Source: a virus (taxonomy: Duplodnaviria; Caudoviricetes). Taken from it: 54,329 nt of DNA. Below, in pieces: positions 45,938-54,329 of this stretch. The stretch is from the IMG/VR virus record IMGVR_UViG_3300022178_003244, positions 1 to 54,329 of that record; one strand, written 5' to 3'. Each line of letters begins with the position of its first letter. Positions within the stretch are counted from its first letter, which is position 1. Position numbers and translations under genes: made by a program. The notes beneath the pieces were generated by a model. It was not told where the DNA came from. It saw nothing but the letters and a program-made list of their open reading frames with translations, and searched no databases.

Positions 45938-46158
45938 CAAGTGTTAGTAAAGTAAAAGAGTCTATACATTCTCAACAAATGCTATTAATCAATCACATTT
46001 GGGGTGTTATATGGGATAGTGGTAACACAGATGGTATACTTCAATGGAGGGATAGAAACAAATTACATAAATTAGATGTGAAATTAAAAAAAGAATCATA
46101 TTTATTATCACATGAGAACTTCCAATTTTTGGAAAGTCTATTGATGAAGTACACATAA
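45934..46158 (+). CDS. Hypothetical protein
   Basis: ATGA overlap with upstream stop. Confidence 0.5.
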   Translation: MTSVSKVKESIHSQQMLLINHIWGVIWDSGNTDGILQWRDRNKLHKLDVKLKKESYLLSHENFQFLESLLMKYT

Positions 46159-46174
46159 AAAAAGTTATATAAAA

Positions 46175-46396
46175 ATGAATAAAGTTATAAATTTACTAAT
46201 GGGGATTGGTGTAGCCATCTCATTAGCACTAATTGCGGGATTCGTATTCGCAGCACCTACATGGTTAATTTGGAATAATATAGTTGTCCAAATATTCAAT
46301 CTACCACATCTATCATTTTGGGACACATTTTGGATTATGATAATGATTCGATTGGTAATTCCATCTGAAACAAAGGTTAAGAAGGAAACGTCATAA
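46175..46396 (+). CDS. Small membrane protein
   Basis: Hydrophobic; W.IWN...F.LP.LSFW. Confidence 0.6.
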   Translation: MNKVINLLMGIGVAISLALIAGFVFAAPTWLIWNNIVVQIFNLPHLSFWDTFWIMIMIRLVIPSETKVKKETS

Positions 46397-46998
46397 TGGG
46401 TAAAAAAGGAGACATACTTGCAAATGGATTTGTGTTGGGGAGGGGGAGAGAACCTCTCAACTTAACAGAGGCACAAATCAGATATGCAATGAAAAACTCC
46501 AAATCTAATAGTGGGGCAGCTAGATTTCTTAACATATCACTTACAACATATGAAAAGTATTCTAAAAGATACATTGATGAGGAGAGTGGTAAACACCTTT
46601 GGGATTTACAAAAGAATCAACGAGGTGCTGGTGTAAAGAAACCATATAATGTTACGAAAGGGAAATACGCACTCAAAGATATATTAGAGGGTAAGTATCC
46701 TAAATATTCAGTATATCAATTAAAAAACAGATTGATAAATAATGCAGATAAAGTAGATTTCAAAACGTGCTGCCATAATTGTGGGTATGAGGAGAAGAGA
46801 ATTACAGATGATAAAATTCCATTGATATTAGACCACATTAATGATGATTGGACTGACCATATTAAAGAAAATCTCAGATTTTTATGTTACAATTGTTTTC
46901 ACAATTTAAAAGGTAACATCAGAGGTGGACAACCACAATGGAGAGTAGAACAAATTCAGAAAGCAAAAGAGACTATTAAATCAAAACAAAACGAATAA
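46396..46998 (+). CDS. HNH endonuclease with N-terminal HTH
   Basis: C..CG, LILDHINDD...ENLRFLCYNC; AARFLNIS..TY HTH. Confidence 0.75.
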   Translation: MGKKGDILANGFVLGRGREPLNLTEAQIRYAMKNSKSNSGAARFLNISLTTYEKYSKRYIDEESGKHLWDLQKNQRGAGVKKPYNVTKGKYALKDILEGKYPKYSVYQLKNRLINNADKVDFKTCCHNCGYEEKRITDDKIPLILDHINDDWTDHIKENLRFLCYNCFHNLKGNIRGGQPQWRVEQIQKAKETIKSKQNE

Positions 46999-47003
46999 TA
47001 AAT

Positions 47004-47034
47004 TAGGATATACGGAAACGAATTCGTATATTTG
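47004..47034 (+). promoter_or_regulatory. Bacteroidota-type promoter for groEL
   Basis: TAGG-N19-TATATTTG. Confidence 0.75.
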
Positions 47035-47050
47035 TGTAAATAATAAGTAA

Positions 47051-49238
<2,188 letters not shown>

Positions 49239-49240
49239 AT

Positions 49241-49271
49241 TTGGATATTTGAAAAATATGTTGTATATTTG
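49241..49271 (+). promoter_or_regulatory. Bacteroidota-type promoter
   Basis: TTGG-N19-TATATTTG. Confidence 0.75.
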
Positions 49272-49291
49272 TATAAACAAAATTAAAAATA

Positions 49292-49531
49292 ATGAAAACA
49301 ATTAATAAATTTGGTAAGACGATTAACTATTCAGTAGATAGTCAATATGGTTCTTGGATGGTAGTTGAAGATGGTGGTGAGCAATGGGTTCACGCGACTA
49401 AAAAAGGTATAAAAATACCAAACACTAATGGTAACCCATTACTATGTAATAAAAAAGGGATGTGGGATTTGTTAGTACACTTTGGTGCAGATAATTCAGA
49501 ATTAGATGAGTTGTTTCAGAAACATATATGA
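49292..49531 (+). CDS. Hypothetical protein
   Basis: First ORF after promoter. Confidence 0.6.
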   Translation: MKTINKFGKTINYSVDSQYGSWMVVEDGGEQWVHATKKGIKIPNTNGNPLLCNKKGMWDLLVHFGADNSELDELFQKHI

Positions 49532-49716
49532 TAACCCCAACCAAAAATACGATTTTTGATAATACAAACTTAAATAAACAATCGTATTTTTGTGAATATT
49601 ATAATTTAATGATACCATTAAACTTTAACACAAATCTTACCATACTTATATGGGAGACTATATATAAAGAGTTTAATGAAGATAAAAGTAGTTTGCGGGA
49701 TACTGATATGGAATGA
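49528..49716 (+). CDS. Hypothetical protein
   Basis: ATGA overlap with upstream stop. Confidence 0.4.
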   Translation: MITPTKNTIFDNTNLNKQSYFCEYYNLMIPLNFNTNLTILIWETIYKEFNEDKSSLRDTDME

Positions 49717-50077
49717 TACGGTTCTGATTGGTAAGAGATTGATAAATAATAAGTTTTATCCCAATAAATGGGAATTCCCTGGTGGGAAGATTGATGAAGG
49801 TGAAACTAATTATCAGGCTCTTATTAGAGAGTTCAAAGAAGAGTTGGATATTGATATACACCCCTTTCATGAATTAAAAACCATATACAATGACGACATT
49901 GAGTTTACTCCAATGACTGTGAAACTTAGAGGTGGTAAAGCAAAATTACTTGAACATCAAGAAATAAAATTTGTTGATAAGAAGGAATTCTTTAAGATGG
50001 ATTTAACACCACTAAGTAAAAAAGCAGGAAGAACCTTATTTGATTCATATGGCTTTTTTTTAAAAAAGGAGAAATAG
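49676..50077 (+). CDS. NUDIX hydrolase (MutT-like)
   Basis: WEFPGGKIDEGET...ALIREFKEELDI Nudix box. Confidence 0.9.
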   Translation: MKIKVVCGILIWNDTVLIGKRLINNKFYPNKWEFPGGKIDEGETNYQALIREFKEELDIDIHPFHELKTIYNDDIEFTPMTVKLRGGKAKLLEHQEIKFVDKKEFFKMDLTPLSKKAGRTLFDSYGFFLKKEK

Positions 50078-50078
50078 A

Positions 50079-50255
50079 ATGTTGAGAAAATTGGTTCAGT
50101 TGTTTACAAATCGGAAAACTGAAAAGAAAAAGGTAAAAAAGTTAGTAGATTTAAGTAATACATGGTATTTAAATGTTGGTGGTGTTTTCGTAGCACAACG
50201 AGAATTGGATATCAAACTATTAGAAGAAAGTAAAAATCAACAAAAAATGAGTTGA
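50079..50255 (+). CDS. 58-aa hypothetical protein (absent from ORF track)
   Basis: ATG 1 nt after NUDIX stop; MLRKLVQLFTNRK... Confidence 0.4.
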   Translation: MLRKLVQLFTNRKTEKKKVKKLVDLSNTWYLNVGGVFVAQRELDIKLLEESKNQQKMS

Positions 50256-50330
50256 TTGACTAATTAAGAATTAGATTAAAAAGAAATATTTACATATTTA
50301 TATACAGATAAACATTATAAAGGAATTATT

Positions 50331-50723
50331 ATGCCAGGACATTACAGCACCATAGTCAACTTAGATGAAGTAGTACTAAGTGATTACCAACAAACAGTAT
50401 TCAGACAAGCTCAGAGATTATTAACAGAGAGAGAAGATAGTGCTACGGGTGAAACTATACTACCAGATACATATGTTATTCAAAAAGAATTATTAACAAT
50501 GATAACCGACCCAAATGCGGCATCTGATGGCACTCCCGCCGATGACGCTAGTAGATTAGTTAATATGGTATTAGACATTGAAGAATTAGAGGAAGTAGAA
50601 CCAGTAACACCATTACCAGAATCTCCAGTTAATCCTGTAGTTTTGGGAACTGATTCTATTGAAGTTCTTCCAACTAGTCCAGCTAATAACACCAGTACGT
50701 CATTTACCGACTCGGCTGTGTAA
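50331..50723 (+). CDS. Acidic hypothetical protein, monocistronic
   Basis: Preceded by ATATTTATA (50294), followed by a terminator. Confidence 0.65.
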   Translation: MPGHYSTIVNLDEVVLSDYQQTVFRQAQRLLTEREDSATGETILPDTYVIQKELLTMITDPNAASDGTPADDASRLVNMVLDIEELEEVEPVTPLPESPVNPVVLGTDSIEVLPTSPANNTSTSFTDSAV

Positions 50724-50749
50724 TTGTTAAATTACAAAATTAAAAATAC

Positions 50750-50793
50750 ACTCCCCAAGCATATCAATGAAGCACACTTGGGGAGTTTTTTTT
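50750..50793 (+). terminator. Intrinsic terminator
   Basis: CTCCCCAAG (50751-59) / CTTGGGGAG (50777-85) stem followed by T8. Confidence 0.85.
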
Positions 50794-50801
50794 AAATAAA
50801 T

Positions 50802-50832
50802 TTGGATATATGAATTTTTATTCGTATATTTG
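50802..50832 (+). promoter_or_regulatory. Bacteroidota-type promoter
   Basis: TTGG-N19-TATATTTG. Confidence 0.75.
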
Positions 50833-50847
50833 TATAAATAAAAAGTT

Positions 50848-51444
50848 ATGAATTTCACAAAGAAGTTATTATTTACGTTAACGATTGCTTTAGGGTTAAC
50901 TCAAACAACACAAGCACAGACAACAAAAACAATAGAAACTGATATATTTAAAATAGTATATTCAGAAAAATACCAACAACCTCTTTCAGTAGAGTATGAG
51001 GTTCAATGTCCTAACGGAACTGCTAGTAGGAAAGGTATGAATTTCTATGGAGTTGATTCTGTAATAACATCAAACAATGCTGATTATAAAAACAATGTAT
51101 GGGATAAAGGTCATATGGCACCTGCAGCTGCATTCAATTGTAATACACAACTATTAAGAGAAACATTCAGTTACTTAAATTGTGCTCTACAACATCAGAG
51201 TTTAAATAGAGGCGCTTGGAAAGAATTGGAACGATTTGAAAGAGATTTAGCAAAAGTACATTCATTAGTTCTTGTAATTATTACAATTCATTTTGATGAT
51301 GAGATGGGGTTACTCCCAACTGATGCGAGAGTACCTACTGGGTTTACAAAGAAAATATTCACAGGCTCTTCTGATTCACTCATATTCCATTTTCCTAATA
51401 GTAATGTAGCTGGTATGGATTGGAAAGAATTTCAAATAGATTAA
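50848..51444 (+). CDS. Secreted DNA/RNA non-specific endonuclease (Serratia NucA-like)
   Basis: Signal peptide MNFTKKLLFTLTIALGLTQTTQA-Q; DKGHMAPAA, N..LQ...LNRGAW..LE. Confidence 0.88.
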   Translation: MNFTKKLLFTLTIALGLTQTTQAQTTKTIETDIFKIVYSEKYQQPLSVEYEVQCPNGTASRKGMNFYGVDSVITSNNADYKNNVWDKGHMAPAAAFNCNTQLLRETFSYLNCALQHQSLNRGAWKELERFERDLAKVHSLVLVIITIHFDDEMGLLPTDARVPTGFTKKIFTGSSDSLIFHFPNSNVAGMDWKEFQID

Positions 51445-51448
51445 CGTT

Positions 51449-51703
51449 ATGAGAGAGAAGATAATAGAACATTACGGAGATACCGATAATATTCTGTTTG
51501 CAGATGGGTTTGATGATTGTATCATTGGATTCGAACCAAATATGTGGAAAGTGGTATATTCAAGAACCAAATGTATCGAATCGTTGATTAAAGATGGTAT
51601 GGATATGGATGAAGCCGCGGAGCATTTAGAGTTTAATACATTCGGTGCTTATATGGGGAAGAAGACTCCTATATGGGTAGAAGATTTTAAATGGAACATA
51701 TGA
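51449..51703 (+). CDS. Conserved phage hypothetical protein
   Basis: ADGFDDCIIG...EA.E..EFN..GAYMG..TPI. Confidence 0.7.
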   Translation: MREKIIEHYGDTDNILFADGFDDCIIGFEPNMWKVVYSRTKCIESLIKDGMDMDEAAEHLEFNTFGAYMGKKTPIWVEDFKWNI

Positions 51704-52101
51704 GAAAAAATAAGATACCAAAGTATGACCCGCAGACTGGTGAATTGAATCCTTATTACGAACAACTAACGGGTAAGAAAAATCCAATGGCAATTAAACC
51801 TATTAAAATCTTAGTAGATGATTATAAATCAGCATCTCCCAAAGAAATATGGATTGATGGTGTTCTTTATAACTTTATCTATGGATTCTTAGGAGCAATG
51901 ATTATTGTATCTATAACAATTAAGATAGATATAGCGATATTATTTGCATACCTAATCTATTACTTTTTCGTTGGTAAAGTAATCAATAGACCTAAATACG
52001 TCACATCATTAGGTAAATTTATTGTATTCCCAATACCAACCGCATTAGGTGCATTTATAGGGTATAAAATAACACCAATGATAATCCAATTCCTTACATA
52101 A
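51691..52101 (+). CDS. Membrane protein
   Basis: DPQTGELNPYYE N-terminus plus three hydrophobic segments. Confidence 0.6.
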   Translation: MEHMRKNKIPKYDPQTGELNPYYEQLTGKKNPMAIKPIKILVDDYKSASPKEIWIDGVLYNFIYGFLGAMIIVSITIKIDIAILFAYLIYYFFVGKVINRPKYVTSLGKFIVFPIPTALGAFIGYKITPMIIQFLT

Positions 52102-52130
52102 AAAAGTGAAGTAAAATAAAAAAACATAAA

Positions 52131-52352
52131 ATGTCAGAGAAGAAAAAGAGAACAAAAGAAGAGAAAACTACAGAGATAATCTCTAACTTAGAAGAAACAA
52201 TAGAATTGGGTGGTAATAAAGAGACAATTGCTAAGTTAAAATCAATCTTAGAAAACGTAAAAGAAGGTACTCATACTGTACCAAAGAAACGAGGTAGGAG
52301 ACCAACACATAAAAAGAAAAAAGAAACTACAAATCCAGAAGAGCAGTGGTAA
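52131..52352 (+). CDS. Small basic protein with AT-hook-like motif
   Basis: PKKRGRRP. Confidence 0.55.
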   Translation: MSEKKKRTKEEKTTEIISNLEETIELGGNKETIAKLKSILENVKEGTHTVPKKRGRRPTHKKKKETTNPEEQW

Positions 52353-52675
52353 AGTTAAACTCAACTACATTGGATGAACTCCGAATTGAACTAAAAGAAA
52401 AACATCTAGAGATAGCTAGAGAATCGTGTATATCTACATTAATAGGATTAGACACAGGTGTGGAATCAGTTCGATTGGATATGGAGATGACCGATGAATT
52501 AAAAAGTGTCATTGATATGGACTTTCAAGTAATAACTTCAGATTACGAAAAGATATTTGATTTAAATCAAGAAGCATTGGTAGAATTAGAGGAGTTTGAA
52601 CTATTAACAGAAATACAACAACATATGACTTGGAAAGCAATTGCAAGTGAATATAAACCAAAGAAAAAAGAATAA
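52346..52675 (+). CDS. Acidic hypothetical protein
   Basis: Overlap-coupled ORF. Confidence 0.6.
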   Translation: MVKLNSTTLDELRIELKEKHLEIARESCISTLIGLDTGVESVRLDMEMTDELKSVIDMDFQVITSDYEKIFDLNQEALVELEEFELLTEIQQHMTWKAIASEYKPKKKE

Positions 52676-52676
52676 T

Positions 52677-53243
52677 ATGGCAAATGTTTGTAGAACGGAT
52701 ATTATAATTAAAGCGTCCAAAACAGCAATTGACAACTTTGTAGAACGATTTGATAAATGTGTAGATGGGACTTATCCTAATACTGAAGATGATAGACCAC
52801 ATATCATAGATGAGTTCGGTGCTAAAGCAGACTTACTAATTGATAGAATTGGGTCTAAATGGGTTAGTATATGGGATGGTGGAATCAGTTATCACAATGA
52901 TACAGAAGGTAGTAGTGAAGTACACCTTTCCTTAGATTCAGCATGGTATCCACCTTCAGATATGATTTTGGAAATGTTTAGACAAATGGAAGAAATTGAT
53001 GGTGAAGGTGTTAGAGTATATGGTAAATATTGGGATGAAGGATACCAACCAATAGGAGTATTTGAAGTTTATCATGGAGAAATAATCTCAGAAGAAAACA
53101 ACGATTTAGATGAATCGGAGTGGGAGGAAAGGATAGAAGCAGAAGGAGGAGACTCAAATAATATGAGTTATTGGGATGAGGTAGTATCACCTGCATTTGA
53201 AATTCTCCAAAAGAAGTTGGATAAGGTAATGAAAGAGATATAA
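52677..53243 (+). CDS. DUF1281/YubB-like ferredoxin-fold protein
   Basis: MAN.C, G.KW, DSAWYPP, Y.DEG.. Confidence 0.55.
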   Translation: MANVCRTDIIIKASKTAIDNFVERFDKCVDGTYPNTEDDRPHIIDEFGAKADLLIDRIGSKWVSIWDGGISYHNDTEGSSEVHLSLDSAWYPPSDMILEMFRQMEEIDGEGVRVYGKYWDEGYQPIGVFEVYHGEIISEENNDLDESEWEERIEAEGGDSNNMSYWDEVVSPAFEILQKKLDKVMKEI

Positions 53244-53246
53244 ATT

Positions 53247-53483
53247 ATGGTAAAGAAAGAATGGGGTTGGATGTATTATAACGATGAATGGAATATGAAT
53301 CCTAAAGAAAACGATATCCCACACTCAGATATCCGTAGGATGGAATCCGAAGGTGTGAAGAAGAAAAATTCCGATGGAATTCCTCAAACGCTTAGTGATG
53401 ATGAGGTATACGAAGATGGTATAGATGAAAGACCTATTGTCCCAAAACGTGATGATTATAACGATGATGAATTCGATTACTAA
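53247..53483 (+). CDS. Acidic hypothetical protein
   Basis: Contiguous ORF in operon. Confidence 0.55.
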   Translation: MVKKEWGWMYYNDEWNMNPKENDIPHSDIRRMESEGVKKKNSDGIPQTLSDDEVYEDGIDERPIVPKRDDYNDDEFDY

Positions 53484-53492
53484 AGTAACGAA

Positions 53493-53978
53493 ATGAAATA
53501 TTGGTTTAAAAGAAAATACAGACAAGTTAAGAGAGTCTTAGATTACTTACCAATTATTTGGAAAGGTTATGATTTTGATTATGGATACGCAATTGAGTTA
53601 TTTAAGTACCAATTAGAACGTACTGAGAAATTCATGTCTTCTTCAAATAGACATACAGTAAACGCCAGTATTAGAGCTAGAAGAATTAAAACCGCCATTG
53701 AACTTCTTGATAAAGTTTATGATGAAGAATATGGTTGTGAATATCAAGAGCAGATGAAATCAATATATGGTGACAATGTGTTAGATTGGAATTTTGAAGA
53801 TACTGAAAGAGGGGACGAAACTTCATATCTTAAATATGAATACGAAAGGTGGGAGAACAAAGATGAAGTTAAAGAAACATTTGATAAACTATTTAAACAA
53901 TCACAAGATAAACAGAAACGCGCTGAGAAATTAGTATGGGAATTTATATCTCATAACATTCGAGGATGGTGGGATTAA
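53493..53978 (+). CDS. Conserved phage hypothetical protein
   Basis: P.IWK..DFDY.Y and terminal I.GWWD. Confidence 0.7.
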   Translation: MKYWFKRKYRQVKRVLDYLPIIWKGYDFDYGYAIELFKYQLERTEKFMSSSNRHTVNASIRARRIKTAIELLDKVYDEEYGCEYQEQMKSIYGDNVLDWNFEDTERGDETSYLKYEYERWENKDEVKETFDKLFKQSQDKQKRAEKLVWEFISHNIRGWWD

Positions 53979-54329
53979 AAAATATTATGACAGAAGAGCA
54001 GATTGATTAAAAAACTCATAAAAAAAAGTGAGGTAGAATAAAATCAGTTAAATGATACTAAAACTAATAGTAGTAATAGTAATAGGGTATATAGTAATCA
54101 ATAGAATACTATACTATATGGATAGATAACCTTTAGGGTAGAGTTCAATATAAGGTATCCAGCAATAAACAATAACAAACTAAATAGTGAGTAAACTCAC
54201 ATAATTAGTAAAACTAATAGGAATAGGAAGGAAACATTAGGTTACAAACCCCAAATACTTTAACCAATCAACCCTACTATTACCAACAATATGATGATAA
54301 GAAGATAACCAATTACAGACGTGTAAAAG

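Overview
This 54 kb window is an AT-rich, gene-dense stretch of a large (jumbo-type) tailed dsDNA phage. Essentially all credible genes are on the + strand and use the standard code. A host in Bacteroidota (Flavobacteria-like) is inferred from 17 copies of a T(T/A)GG-N19-TAnnTT(T/A)(G/A) promoter, A-rich start contexts without Shine-Dalgarno motifs, and an Hc1-like small protein. Contents in order: (1) the 3' end of nrdA; (2) a putative base-modification operon (NTP pyrophosphatase, a thymidylate-synthase homologue with a cytosine-type active site, an AsnB-like amidotransferase, a fold-type II PLP enzyme); (3) a GHKL-ATPase/PD-(D/E)xK-like fusion beside a DNA methyltransferase; (4) a T4-like replisome (PolB, clamp, clamp loader) with a second methyltransferase inserted in it; (5) a 13.5 kb glycosyltransferase/sugar-tailoring cluster; (6) a putative lysis cassette running directly into a histidine kinase, a receiver-only response regulator and a coiled-coil membrane protein; (7) a probable late block of virion or head-packaged proteins with Glu-terminated leaders and linkers; (8) proteostasis genes (ClpS-like, GroEL, J-domain), nucleotide-sanitising enzymes, a secreted nuclease and many small hypotheticals. 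The best candidates for an undescribed system are the modification operon and the lysis-linked two-component system. Family assignments come from motif recognition by eye, without database searches.
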